From: Hydrolagus colliei
Lineage: Eukaryota
NCBI GenBank assembly: GCA_035084275.1
Contig: CM068749.1
Location: 15,004,001 to 15,068,000, forward strand
DNA length: 64,000 bases
Direction: 5' to 3'
Shown here: positions 1 through 12,765 of the stretch, piece after piece
Numbering within the stretch: position 1 is the stretch's first letter
How the letters are laid out: each line of letters starts with the position of its first letter
The notes under the pieces: model-generated
Databases searched by the model: none
Told to the model about the DNA's origin: nothing
Seen by the model: the letters and a program-made list of their open reading frames with translations, nothing else
Made by a program: the position numbers and the translations under genes

Positions 1-2132
1 GAAAATTGATCTGTAATAAATCTTTTCTATCTGGATGGTGTCACTTTTCTGAGATAAATGAAACCGTCGAGTAAAACCTGATGGGATAACATAATAATTC
101 CACAAAACCATCTGAGCAGGCAGAAGCGTATTTATTTAAGAGACCTTTAGATCTTCACGAAAAAAAATCTAACTTAAAATGCTATAACTTAATATTAAAA
201 GTCAGCTTCTTACTCTGGTTAGTGGTATGTGGAATATTTGTGACAGACTCCACTCCAAATTGTGCTGGCAAGATCGCAAAAATTGCCATGGGGATAATGG
301 CCAATTAATCAGGAAGTGTGTTGGCCAGGACACTGACGGAAATTACATTTTCTTTTGTAACAGTGTTATGGTATCACTATCTGAAAATAAGCACACATGA
401 CCCTGGTTCAATACCTCAGGCACATACTGTACCTCAATATAGGAAAAAAGGCTTAGTTCCTTCAATGTTCACTGCAACTCAAATATACAATATTGTACGG
501 ATGCCTTAACCTAATATTGAAAAAATCATATAGCTCAATATAAAGTAACTTTGTAACAACATACTTTTTTTATATAAAAAAAAGGACCAGATGACTATTC
601 TGTTTTCTATGAGAGTAAATAGAATGTGATTCACAGTGAGTGGGTGGGAATTAAACATAGATGATAGGTTTTAACCTCATAAAGAGAATTCAAATAAATT
701 CAGACCATGGAATCTGATTAATTCAGTGCTTTTCCAAATCTTGTGCAGCTTTGCTTTTTGCCAAAGCACATCGATATGATGATATCAACTCATGTGAAAA
801 CCACATGCTAGCGAACAACTTTTTTTTTACCTTGTTAGTAGTAGAACAATAAAAATGTTGCAGAATACTTTGTGCGCCCATCCCTCAATACAAGTTGGAC
901 ACCTGGTCAATATAAACCAAAATCCTGCAAATAACCAATGTTTGAGGTTGTTCCTGTGTTGATGTAAAACCTTTTAATGCAACAGAGAACAAACTTGTTT
1001 GTGTGATCTGAATCTGATCATTTGCAATTTGGACACTTTCAAATATAGGAGCACACACTTCAATTCAAACTAGTTTACAATGAAGCAAGGTTCATGTTTC
1101 AAAGAAAAAAGTAAGTCAGCAAAATTCAGATTAATTAATATTGTATCTTTTGATTCTTTTGATCCCGGTTTTATCTACTGTAATTCTGATAAATACAAGA
1201 AAAGTTCCCACAAACTGTCTTCAAAATGGAATAATATTTTTTATTAAACCTTTTCCATTTTCTTCACCTTTTTTGCATTTAGGAGGCATGTTTAATTCCA
1301 TGCTTTGCTATCTGTATTGCTAATTTGGCCGTTAATAGGAAGAAACCTTAAAATCAAGCAAAAATTCTATCCTGTATTGAGTGATAACAGTACTTGATTC
1401 ACAATTATTAAGTATGCGCTCAGCTTTCAAACAGATAAAATTGAGTCATTTAAACAATCTACAAATAACAATGAAGATGAAAATTGTTGTCAAAGCTCAG
1501 TGAGTAATATGCATGTGTACAGTATGTGGGCATCCAGTATCTGCCACTACTGTCCTTGATTCATTTTAACTGTAGCCTGCAGTCACTTGAAACACAAATT
1601 AACTAAAGCTACTGTAGTTCCCTTGGGATCTCTTCTACTCTCCAATCGTTCACTGAAGTGACTGGAGGGATGTTTCCTTTTGAGCATTGATATTGTCTGT
1701 TAGATAATGGCAGAGCATCTCTATTGCATTTAGGTCTGATGATGATGTGGTTCATCACGCATTTCTGAAATGTTGAGGTCGTGTGAAACTGATCATCTGA
1801 AATGTTAATAGGAGCAGATAACATTATCCAAATCATTCTGTTAAAGCTATCACAACTCCACTTGTACAACATGTTACTCCGTATGCCCTTTATTTTGTAG
1901 TGTAATTCTAAAAGATGATTGCCAACATTTTTGCTGGAAGGTTGCATGTCACACTGAGATACGATTTGACATTATCCACTACTCACAGAACAATTTGGGG
2001 GTTCAAATAAGAAAGCATAAGTAGTAGTAATCTTACTGTGTTGTTTTTCTAATACTCGAATGTTTTGAAATCATGAAACTCCAGAGCCGTTCTTGGAGTG
2101 TGCCTATAAATACAGAGTCATCAGCAAATGAT

Positions 2133-2428
2133 CATAATAATCCTTGCTTTTGATATCTTCTAGAAGTCTCAAAGCGCTTCACGGAATATGCTGTAAAGTG
2201 AATTGATTGTATATTTGTGGGTGAATCGCGGCAGCCAATTGCGCACAGCAGTGCCCCACAAACAGTCATGGATTGAAATGACAAATCTATTATTGTGCTT
2301 TTCAAGGGATTACTATTAGGCATCTGGAATATATTCAGGAAACTTGCCCAAGGTTTCACCTTTCCCGGAATTGAACCCAGGTCTCTCGCTTGCAAGGCGA
2401 GTGCTCTAACCACCGAGCTACAGGACTC
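2133..2428 (-). mobile_element. Full-length tRNA-derived SINE (dominant family: tRNA head, Deu-like body, L2-type tail with (TTA)n)
   Basis: Reverse complement begins GAGTCCTGTAGCTCGGTGGTTAGAGCACTC (A box) and contains GGTTCAATTCC (B box). Body CTGCTGTGCGCAATTGGCTGCC and tail GCAAGGATTATTA are shared with many copies in the window. Confidence 0.9.
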
Positions 2429-2438
2429 TAGATATAAA

Positions 2439-2546
2439 GGAGAGAGGTGTACCAGGTGATGAGATATAGGGACTTGGAGATGATCGTATATAGGGACTTC
2501 TCAGGGAGAGAAGTGTGCCAGGTGATAGGATATAGGGACTTGGAGA
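2439..2546. repeat. Imperfect direct duplication of a 42-bp unit, period 66 bp
   Basis: GGAGAGAGGTGTACCAGGTGATGAGATATAGGGACTTGGAGA (2439) versus GGAGAGAAGTGTGCCAGGTGATAGGATATAGGGACTTGGAGA (2505), plus a third ATATAGGGACTT between them. Confidence 0.7.
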
Positions 2547-3151
2547 ACCTGGGTGAATCATTGTGTTGAGTTGGTGGTGAGATAGGAACCCTGAATGATT
2601 CCAGTCCTAGGGTTAGATGGGGGAGAAGGACCTCAAAGTTCCAGCTACTGATCTCTACCTATAAAATATTGTTGAAAATAACCTGAATTTGGATTTTAGT
2701 CAGTAACCAGACTCAGGTGTGATGGTCAAATACTCACTTTTCAAGGATATACACGGACAGCAACTTTTGTGAGGTACCAGAGGATTATTACATCCACTGA
2801 ATGTATCCAAAGTGAATTGTTGCTGTCTCACAGGAAAGGGGAGTGAAGAGATATTTTGTCATCCTTCTGAGGTTATTCTATATTTGCTTGTATGATCTTA
2901 GTGTACTTTAGTCCTCTTTGGTAATCGCTCTGTCTCAGAATTTAAAAGAAAGTGAGTACGGTGAAAGTCGTATTAAAGGAGAATCAATATTTACCATTAT
3001 AGCAGTAATTACAGATGACATGCTATTAAATCACTATAAATATTATACTCTAATCCCATAGTCATCTTCGATACTGAGTCCCATAAATCTAAACTCTAAA
3101 TGGTCAAGCACATTGATTGCTTTGCAGAAAATGGGATAACATTTGTCTCAC

Positions 3152-3360
3152 GTGAATTGATTGTACCTTTGTGGGCAAAACGCAGCAGTGAATTGCCACA
3201 GCAGTGTCACACAAACAGTCGTGGACTGAAGTGACCAATGCATTATTGGGGGTTTTTCCACAAAATATTATTATCAGGCACATGGAGTAAGGAAACTGAC
3301 CCTGCCAGGAATGAAACCCAGGTTGTGAGGCGAGTGCTCTAATCACTGAGCTACCGGACT
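3152..3360 (-). mobile_element. Dominant SINE, 3'-truncated
   Basis: tRNA head (rc AGTCCGGTAGCTCAGTGATTAGAGCACTCGCC) and body present; tail missing. Confidence 0.85.
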
Positions 3361-4420
3361 GCGTCCCGAACTACCTATGTACTATATCCCATAATGCTAG
3401 AGGAAAACTATCCCATTTAAAGAAATTAAAGCCTCAAATGTATTGTTGATATTCTGATTTTTTTAGATTAAAATTGCATTATTGAAATTAAGGTGTTTGG
3501 ATTCTTGATTTCTCTCACAAGACACCATACACATGTAATGTTGTTGTTTTTGTTGTCCACAATCCATGAGAAGCAATATCTGATATCAAGCCATCCACTA
3601 TCTTGTAAGATATTACTTTATTCAATTTTGGAAACAGTCATTTCAAACTAATTGCATTAAACCTTGGTGTTTTATGTTTAATTCAATTTGGGCATAAAAG
3701 TGTAATTATCAGCAAGACTATCTAATTACTGTAGTACCAACATCTCCTGAACACACTTTAGGGGGTATACAGCATGGAATCTATTCGGCAATCTCAATTG
3801 TTTACTTAATGCTTTCTTGTGAGAGCATCTAATTTTGGGTAACCCCCACTCTCTGGAACTGATTTACACTCCAGGTTTGCGGTGCTCCACTGATAAATGT
3901 CAAACCTTTGTACCCATATCCATCTGTTGCATTCATACAGTGTCAATGCATGATAACAGGATGGTTGAACTGAGAAAGTATGAAGTCTTCCATCTGCTTT
4001 AGGCTGATCATTGGGATTCATGTATACTAGATGCCAGCCTGGTTTGTTTGGTTGCACTCTCATCGCCTGGTGTGAGAATAGTGTGTTAAAACCCCACAAT
4101 GGCAATGAAGCTACAAGTCTGCTGAAGTGATGGTGCGACTCCACTGCTGGAAGGAAGCGCTCCCTTCCAATGGTTGTTCTAACCTTTGCATGCAATGTTA
4201 AACCTGTTTTCCTGTTGAATCATTTATGAATAGTATTACGGGATGTTGAAGATCACTTTGCACTAATTGTAGAAAAAAGATTTATTTGAATGTTCTGGCC
4301 ATCAATCCAACTAGTCACTACACTTCACAACAATTATCTGTGAAGTGCTTTGAGATTTGTAGACCTTCTATTAATCCTATTTATGGGGTCTTGTTACTAT
4401 TATGGGTTCACACAGAATCT

Positions 4421-4476
4421 AGATTGAAGAATGAATTCTAAACAGACTGGATTTGTGCAGCGTGCATGTCAATTAA
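4421..4476 (+). repeat. Unclassified short interspersed repeat, copy 1
   Basis: 46/56 ungapped identity to 6432-6487. Confidence 0.6.
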
Positions 4477-4497
4477 GAAGTCGAACTGATTAAAAAT

Positions 4498-4547
4498 CCT
4501 TGGGACGTCCTCCCACCATGAAAGGCACCATACAAATGTAATTTTGT
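4498..4547 (+). mobile_element. Very short L2 LINE 3' tail
   Basis: CCTTGGGACGTCCTCCCACCATGAAAGGCACCATACAAATGTAATTTTGT matches the tail of the L2 at 44776-45368 and the other tails. Confidence 0.75.
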
Positions 4548-5059
4548 AAGGTATTGATTATTACCTAACTCTAAAATGTTTAAGATGATTTTTATTATGT
4601 TTATAATCTTATTTCTTACAAAATTTGCAGATTTTTATAATATCTATAATCTTACAAAATCATCACATTCATGAAGCACTGGACGAGAAAAAAAAACTTG
4701 TGATTACGAGTTGGTTTATTCTTTTAAGATGTATTTCGCTCATTGTGATTAATTATTTGTGTTCTTGCACACTGAATGCCATCCTAACTAATTTGTCTTC
4801 CAGCAATTGTACTGATCATCAATATGAAATCTCAGATTCTCTCATTGGCTGAGGTCATGTTTGATCTGATTACTTCGATTGAGTCAGGGTCGAGTCCATC
4901 TGTGGATCGATAAAGGATTAAGAAATCCAATAATCCTCTCCTCTCAGCACATGTACATTGATGCATGACACAGATAGTGGTGGAGGCCAAGTTTAGTGTG
5001 GTTACAAGTCATTAGTATACAACCCATACATCATAGAGACTGACTTTTATTTTTGGGGT

Positions 5060-5113
5060 GACGTCCTCCCGGCATGAAAAGTGTTATACAAATGTAATTT
5101 TTGTTGTTGTTGT
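5060..5113 (+). mobile_element. Very short L2 LINE 3' tail
   Basis: GACGTCCTCCCGGCATGAAAAGTGTTATACAAATGTAATTTTTG(TTG)n. Confidence 0.75.
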
Positions 5114-5865
5114 CATCACCAAGAACAATAGGAAATGAGTCCAACCATGTGTGTGTAAATTAATGACCTATTGAAATTTGCTCTATAAAATTACTAAAAG
5201 TTATAGAATTTATAGTTTTTACCGTTTACTTTATATCTGGGATTTAACACCCCTCTGACTTCTGGGATAATAGGTCTCCCTATAGTGTTTTGCTTTAGTA
5301 CCATGTTTTGTTTAAAACATGCTAGCTTTTTAGAAATAATACAATTGTAATCACCAGAACATGTTTTGTTTTAGTGTGAGAAATATTTTTAGGCTTCTGT
5401 CTGACAAAAGAGTGAAATAAATAGGGTTCTCTCTGATCCTGATTTGTGATTTTAAAATATATATATATACTGGTCTTTTCCCCCTGTACCCTATTACTCA
5501 ATGTGAGTATCATGTACCAAATATGGCTACATAATATGTAAGGCTTCACACTATGCAGTATTGGAGCAGCACTTCAGATAGATGTGGCTCTACCTTCCCC
5601 TGAGGTTGCTGAGGCTGCAGAATCTGTTTGTCCTGAGGTACAGAAAGCACTGAGCTAGCAGCAGCAAAATAACAGTTTCAAAGTCACAAATTCCAATCCT
5701 GTATTACGTTGGGAGTCATTGTTTGAGAGAGCATCTCTGCAGAATCAGTTAAATGCTTCCCACATTGCTGGCTCAGCAGCCAGGCAGCCAACCAGAGAAC
5801 AGGGGTCAAAATTACACCTCTTGGGCATGTTAGTCAGTGGTTCTGGAGAGGTGATTCAATACAGT

Positions 5866-6015
5866 GTAATTTGCACTTGTTTACTGCCTTTCAGAGGAAG
5901 TCCCAAAGAGCTTAACAATTCTGACTAGGCACTGGAGCTGAGCGGGTGAGAAGGGGATGATTGAAAGCAAGGACAAAGAAGTTTGTTTTGAGGCATCTCT
6001 GAAAGAGGAGAGGGG
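5866..6015 (-). mobile_element. Degraded L2 LINE 3' end
   Basis: Tail-like TGCCTTTCAGAGGAAGTCCCAAAGAGCTT followed by purine-rich CAAAGAAGTTTGTTTTGAGGCATCTCTGAAAGAGGAG, the antisense of the L2 ORF2 end. Confidence 0.5.
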
Positions 6016-6431
6016 AGTTGTCACCTTCTCACTTACCTTGCACTGCTACTGCCTGAGACAAGGCTGCTATTTATGCAACTTAGAATACAGCATAAATTGC
6101 CTCAATAGTGTGCCTTAAAGCTGACCTCAGAATCACATTTACTTGTGCATCATTTCCATTTCTGCTTTTACACCAGCCTTTCTCAATGTGACTGACTAGC
6201 TAATGGGGAATTATAGATGATGTTTTGCTGTGTCGTCACATTCACCTAGAACTAAATTGAAACTCAAACTTAGTTTAGTTAGAATCCTGTCATCCATCAA
6301 AGAGAAAAAAGCCTTCATCCTGTCAGTGTGGGTTCTGGATTTGAATTCAAAGTGAAATATGAGGTGGAAATATAGCATTCTAACTCTTGTTTATTTGGTC
6401 TCATTCTTAATTGGATTGAAATAAGAAACTT

Positions 6432-6487
6432 ACATTGAAAAACAAATTATAAACGGACTGGGTTTGTGCAGAGATCATGTCAATTAA
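6432..6487 (+). repeat. Unclassified short interspersed repeat, copy 2
   Basis: 46/56 ungapped identity to 4421-4476. Confidence 0.6.
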
Positions 6488-6782
6488 AACTCCCTCTCTT
6501 TACAAATTCAGGCAAGTTTATTCTGAAATGATGAAAGCAATTCCAATCAAGTATGTGCCTCTGTAGTGCACTGTGGATGCTGCTGATGTACAAAACATAG
6601 CTGTTGATTTATGGTGAGTTCGGTTTACAGCAGTGCTGACAATGGAATTGTTGTAAACTACACTTGGTGGTGCGGACACACCTGGGAAAATTTACATTCT
6701 GTTGTACTCATCACAGTCTGTTAACAGGACAAAATGTTGTTTTGAGTACAAATCCGTAGCTATTACACTTAACAGCACATCT

Positions 6783-6847
6783 TGTGACGCACTTTGAAAC
6801 ATTTCCCTGGCTCGAAAGGCACTTTGTCGAATGCAAGTCTTTATTCT
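6783..6847 (+). mobile_element. Degraded SINE/L2-type 3' tail
   Basis: GCACTTTGAAACATTTCC...GAAAGGCACTTTGTCGAATGCAAGTCTTT resembles the shared L2/Deu-SINE tail. Confidence 0.45.
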
Positions 6848-7932
6848 GATTTTTGTTATAGAAAAGGTACAGGAAAATGAGGGGCAGAAGATGTGAAGGC
6901 ACCTGGCGAAGAGGCACTGCTCGCATGCAATTATTCTGCCTTTTCCCCGTTTCTACGTGAAAGCAATGGGTGACATCAAGTAAGTTCCTTGATGGCATCA
7001 AGCCTGTTACACACTTGTGAAAGAGAATGTGACGAGCCCTGGCAGCACTTTGAACAAAAGGCATCAGCAGCTGGAAGAACTACACTTAATTTTTCACACT
7101 TCTTGTTTTCACCGTAGAGAGAAGCAAAGTGTGCCATTGGCAATGCCAATGTGTAATTTGGGTTGGGAATTATGATAGAGTCAATCATTTCAGACCTAGC
7201 AATTCAGAATCTCTCCATTTCCCTCGTGTGATAGAAAAATGTTGGGCACCGCAAAATGTTCTTTGCAGAAGATGAGATTTTTGTGGCAATATAATGAACT
7301 ACTCACTATTTTCCTTCCTGTCTTGGTGGCTGTGGTGATTTTGTTTTTCGGTATGATTCCAAGTACACTGGCTGACTTCCAGTATCTTCAAGCACACACT
7401 GAGTGACAGCTGTCTATCCAAGAGATGGGCCATCAGAGCAGAGACCAGTCTCGCAAATCATGTACCAGGAAGAGTGACTGGATAGCTATGAGGAATGGAA
7501 AGTCTGAACAAGCTTTTCCTTCCCTCCAACCCCCCATTGCACCCCCACCCCACCCCCAACCCGCCAATGATGAACTCAGCATCTGGATGACTGCTTCACT
7601 TTAGATTCTAAGGAGCTAGGTTGCATGTGTTCTAAGGAAATGTAATGAGACAGAACAGAAATTTGGAATTAGTGTACTCCATTGAAGGCTTGACAATTTC
7701 TATGAAGTTTCTAATTCAAAAACTTCTTAGTCTTGGGGGAAAAAAGTGCTTTATTGAAGTGATCTAAACAATACATTTTATTTGATTAGCCAAAAGCATA
7801 TTTTTCAGTAAGGTACATTTAATGAGGCAATATGTTAATAAGACTTGAGCTGCACATAGTCTGCGGTTAATCCTGTGGTATTTTCCGCTGGGAATCTATG
7901 ATGCAAATAATTGTGAATACCCCTGATGTATT

Positions 7933-7972
7933 CAGCAACAACAAAATTACATTTGTAAAGCGCCTTTCAGGA
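7933..7972 (-). mobile_element. Very short L2 3' tail
   Basis: CAACAACAAAATTACATTTGTAAAGCGCCTTTCA is the reverse complement of the tail consensus. Confidence 0.7.
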
Positions 7973-9584
7973 GGCAGTATTGGGACCCTGAACTGACAAA
8001 GATCTTTTATGCAGGTGGCATGTTGCCCGTAGAATTACACCATCCCTTTCTTTTCTAAAATAATTGTTTAATTGAATTATTTAATTTTGAGAAAAGCAAG
8101 CACAAACTGAATAAGTAGTCATTTCAATTATTTGGCAAGACAAGAGACATTCTATAGCTTTTTCTATTCAGTCACTTTTCACTGAAATGAAGAAGAAAAT
8201 AGGTGTGCTGTAGTGAAAAGTGACTTTTTTTTCAGATTCATCTCTTGCTTTCGTCAGAAATCTCATTTTAGATCCGAAAATATGAGAAACAATGGGAAAA
8301 AAACATTCAGGTAATCTTTCACAAAGACTTTATAATGTTATAAGGCGGGTTAGGATTTTATTGATTCTCCCAACTATCGTGTTATAAAGCGACTCTACTG
8401 TCATAAGAATAAGTAATTGACCAATCACATTCTCACAAAGCGGCAGACAGAAGCTCAGTGGAGATGCTGAATAGCCTCCCTACAGTTGTACAGCTGAGAT
8501 CAGGGGTTCTGTGAAATAGATCAAAGCTGTATCTCACTACTTGTTGGCATGGGTGCTGTGGTAATTCAACCTGCCATTATATCTCAACTGCTTCACCATT
8601 AATTACAGTTATTGGTGCAGAACCAGTTGGCTGGAGCCAACTCTTGGCATGTATTACATAATCAAATGTTTTCTACTCACTATAGTTAAATTGAATTGAA
8701 GCAATTAATGATGAAAGTGGAAAAAGGAATGTAAGAATCTCGGGGCATCAGATTATAGAATTGAGTTACCAACATGCCAACAGTATGCAATGCATCAATA
8801 CAGCAATATAAATGTTTTACTGGCAATTACTTGAAGCTAGTGGCTAGGGATAATGACACAAATTGGAATATTCTTTATAATAAATATTGTGCTATAAATT
8901 ATAAATCTTCCTCCTATTTGCAGCCATGCATAAGAAGGTCGTGGAATACTCTACTTGTTCCCTGATCTTTTTCCTTATTGTTAGTGGGACATTAAAAAAT
9001 ATTGATTTGTTTTCCCCCTGGCTGTGGAACTTTGTATTCCATGACCCTGATTCTCGCATTCCTATCCGACATTTTAGTGTATACAAGCCTTCTAGGAAGA
9101 CTGATCTACAATTCTAATAATATGCATGATTTGGCAAACATTTTTTTCTATGCAAATACCGTTTCTTTTTGTCATTTCATTGCAATTTTAATTAAGAGTT
9201 GGTAGTGACAAGGTGACACAAAAAACAGCAGAGAAAGAATCCGGATTCGATTGGAGAGGCAAAGCATTAAACCCAGTCGGCATGCTGCCAGTCACCAAGG
9301 CCTTTAGGGATGTCTGGTCTCTGTTATCTTTGGCAAACACAAGGAGGTTGTCACAGCACCCTTTGCTGTATAAAGTCAATTTTAACTATTTGCCTGTAAA
9401 CGCCTTTAAGAGACTGGGGGGATTTATAATTTTGATTGTAAAAATGCAATATCTTATACTATAAATCACAATGTGAAAGTAAGATTTATGCAATATTATT
9501 TGTTTGATGTAATTTACACTAGATTGCACTGTTGCCAGTTTCATCAACAGGGCACCCTACCCCTCCCCACCACCCCACCCCGGT

Positions 9585-9735
9585 CTCCAAAGACCGCGTA
9601 CCCCACTTTGCTCGTCATTTTGATCACCTTCTTCCCTTTTTCCTCTCCCCTTCCCCCTGCTCAGCATCCACCCCCTACCATAGTGAAGCATTCAGACATT
9701 ATCTTATATATAACTGCAAGTTCTTGTTTTTGTTG
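9585..9735 (+). mobile_element. Degraded L2 3' end
   Basis: Pyrimidine-rich 3' UTR ending GTGAAGCATTCAGACATT...TATATAACTGCAAGTTCTTGTTTTTGTTG. Confidence 0.45.
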
Positions 9736-10342
9736 AGTTCCACTGGCAATATAGTCGGGCAATGTTAGCTCTATAATGAATATCAGACAAAAACAGATCA
9801 GTAAACCCACATGTAAAGTTACTGACATTCAAGAATTTCTCTAAAGGATTTTTTGGCCAATTCTCAAAGAAGGTTACACTGACAAGACAGTTCAACATTC
9901 ATCTGACCATCACTCAGAGCTTTCTTTGATGGATGTGTCAAGCTTGTCTGCTTCTAGAGCTCAAAGATTCCCTAACTGACATTAAATGCTTCAGCCAACT
10001 GCAGGCTTCAATAAACAGGCATTGCAGCCTTCAACCACACACCATCAGATTTTCATTGTGTGCATGAAACTAGCAAAGGCGAACGCAGAAGTCCTTCAAC
10101 TGTATGTCTAATTACTTGACTGTGATATTGTCAGACTGCAAAAAAGATACACATGCATAAATATAAACTGGAATACAAAGACAGACTTCTAATGATTCCT
10201 TTCATATCTCAATTACATCAGTTTATATTCACTCAACTTTCCAGCCAATCAATGTAATAATGGAAGTTAGTACAGGTTCTATTGCAAATTGTGCTATGTT
10301 CATTTGCTGGACAATCTAAACAGAGAGAAGGAGCTCACTTAC

Positions 10343-10391
10343 CTGTTGTGAATCGGCCCCTTGAATGTTGCGTCAAACTTGCGTGGCTCAC
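10343..10391 (-). CDS. SLC44A5: 49-nt internal coding exon (G)EPRKFDATFKGPIHN(R) of the SLC44 choline transporter-like gene
   Basis: The minus strand reads ttctactttctcatag|GTGAGCCACGCAAGTTTGACGCAACATTCAAGGGGCCGATTCACAACAG|gtaagtgag, with a canonical acceptor and donor. The peptide matches the conserved G-x-P-x-K-[FY]-D-x-x-F-K-G-P-I-x-N-R motif that precedes the CTD motif of SLC44A2/A4/A5. Confidence 0.9.
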
Positions 10392-11242
10392 CTATGAGAA
10401 AGTAGAACATATATTTATTAATATGCATCAAAAGCGAATGTCACACAGCGTGGGCGTGAACGTGAGCAGACGCACAATTTGATATAAAGTGGAAAGGTGA
10501 GGTACTATGGAGAATTCTACAAGAGGCTAACTCAGTGAGTTATAATCAATCATTCTCAATAGTAGGGATAAATAGATTCACACATTGAAAGGTTGGTATT
10601 AACCCATAACAGACCTTGAGGGTTGAAATCTTTCACAAATATCCTTCTCTAAATTTTAGCTGTAACATCCAGACATGAAATCGAAATGTAAATGTGCTGT
10701 TGACCCTTTACTATTGAAACCTTTTTGTGATGGAACACGAGTGCTGCAACAGCCAAATCTTTCTTGGAAGGCAATGAGCTTTGAAGTGCAGAGATAGGTA
10801 GCATCTCAGAGAGCTTGTGAAAATAAATCTATAATGAAAAATTAGATACTGGAAACATTTCAATCCTAACCTTCCAAGATGGAAATATCTGTATCTCATT
10901 TAAAACTCTATTTCTCCTTCCCTGCTTTCAATGGACCGATTAACAGACAATATGATAGCCTGGAAAATCAATGTTAAGTTATCCAACAGTTCATGGAAGA
11001 AGTTACAAAATATGTAAAAGGTGTTGCTTTTTGTTCTATTTTTTTTTAAATTGAGGATTTTTGTTTTCTCGCGCTTTTAAAATTATTTTCTCCCCACTGT
11101 GCACCAGATCCCGGATTGCTGATCTGATATGCCCTGTGAGATTCCCCCCCATTACTTTGGAGATCTGTGTAACATGTGCTTTGCTCCATTCCTGAAGGCC
11201 TGACTGTGATTGTAACCTCGGCTGAAGGATACGCTTTTCCGG

Positions 11243-11438
11243 GGATAATAATTCTTATAATGATAATAATCATAAATTGGTCACTCAATTCACGACTGTT
11301 TGTGGAGCACTGCTGTGCACAATTGGCTGGCGCATGTCTCCCACAAAATACACAGCCAATTCACTTTACAGTATATTCTGTGAAGCGCTTTGAGACATCT
11401 CAAAGATGCGATGAGGCGATATATCAAATGCTAGGATT
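11243..11438 (+). mobile_element. Dominant SINE, 5'-truncated
   Basis: TTGGTCACTCAATTCACGACTGTTTGTGG...TCACTTTACAGTATATTCTGTGAAGCGCTTTGAGAC...ATCAAATGCTAGGATT. Confidence 0.85.
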
Positions 11439-12496
11439 TGATATATCTAAGCTAAGAAGTGCCTCTTCCACTGACTGACACATCTCACTGGCATCAGCTG
11501 CCTCACTACTGAATTTTCTTCGGAGACCTTATTAGTTGTCAGAATTTCACAAGCATGTTCTTACATAGGGGAATTGCTTCATGAATAGTTGCACAATTGA
11601 TAGCAAAACAAGTCGGCTATCACGTATAGGAAAGGCTGAGATCTGTTTGGCTGATCTTGTATTCTTTATAATGTTGGTATAAGATACATGCTTCACACCA
11701 GTAGAATTACGATGAAATAAAAATATACAGCAGGTCAATCAGCATTGTGAAAGAGAGGCTTTTTTTTATAAGAAGAATATAATGACACTGGTGCAGTGAC
11801 CCATGCAAATGCACAGTTTAAGTGATGAGATTGCTCAGTTTCAGGTATGTTACTGACACTGTAGGGGGTAAATTGGCTCTCTGCTCGTTTCGACTTGCAG
11901 AAAATCTACCTCCTGACACAAGAGTTGGAGAGGTGTCTCTTGCCTTCTCAAAAAGCCTCCCGACCAGAACTGAGTTTGGTTGGAAAAAGGGAGGGGCAGG
12001 GGAATTGAACACTGGACACAATTGATCGTAACCTTTGAAATGAAAGTCAAGTTTTCTGAATATTTTCAAGTATTCAATCACAAACGATCGATTACTAATT
12101 GAGTGTCTGTACATTTCCAATGCTGAATGTTGAACAGTTTTACTGTAAAACTGTAAGAATTTACATTTCTTAAATGTAAGAACCATAGAACATTTTGCCA
12201 ATGTAGTTAAGATTAGAGGAAAGGCATCCAGTAGGACACGCATAACAGGAAAGCTTTGGAGATATAGTCATTCTGTTTGTACACTTAGCTTCCCATATAA
12301 CTCTAATCACTTAGCACACAAACAAACACATACAGGATTCATTGAACACAGCTAGAGGGAGAAATTTTTTATTTTGGTACAAAAATGTTTCAGTAATCCT
12401 AAAAGCATTTTTTTGTGTATATATAAGTGATGAAAATGAAAGTAGAATGATACAACGGTTGAAATCCCTTCAAAAAATAAAATACATTTAAAATAT

Positions 12497-12615
12497 CACT
12501 GCTGTGCGCAATTGGCTGCTGAGTGTTGCTCACAAATCATATACAGTATTCTGTTAAGCACTTGAGATGACTAGAAGACATGATAAAGCATTATATTAAA
12601 TGCAAAGATTATTAT
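12497..12615 (+). mobile_element. Dominant SINE, 3' half
   Basis: CACTGCTGTGCGCAATTGGCTGC...AAATGCAAAGATTATTAT. Confidence 0.8.
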
Positions 12616-12669
12616 CACAGACAGAGGTGTTTCTAGCATTAGTTCCCTATATGAGCAGTCCCTCAGGAC

Positions 12670-12765
12670 CCATTCCCCAGTGCTTTTCACATGCCCTTCA
12701 ATATTATATTTTCTCAAGGAATCACCTGATTCCTTTTTTTAGACACTGTTAAGGATCCTACTTCA
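12670..12765 (-). mobile_element. Degraded CR1 LINE 3' remnant
   Basis: Resembles the antisense of the CR1 ORF2 end seen at ~19660-19760. Confidence 0.35.

Noticed and set aside
2360-2428. tRNA genes at SINE heads (also 21021, 35081, ~48050, 63914)
   Set aside because: A and B boxes are present, but there is no closed acceptor stem and each continues into SINE body, so these are tRNA-derived SINE heads.
4148-4169. Near-perfect 22-bp palindrome TGGAAGGAAGCGCTCCCTTCCA
   Set aside because: Short, imperfect and without supporting context.
6037-6100. Possible next SLC44 exon (minus strand ...NLCCILSC..., donor AAG|gtaagt)
   Set aside because: It lacks the CTD motif, has an in-frame stop just upstream, the wrong phase and no hydrophobic transmembrane segment. 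The true exon probably lies left of the window.
8770-8815. Minus-strand YCCIDALHTVGML resembling SLC44 TM1
   Set aside because: The spacing is too short, the donor is in the wrong phase and there is no acceptor or CTD.
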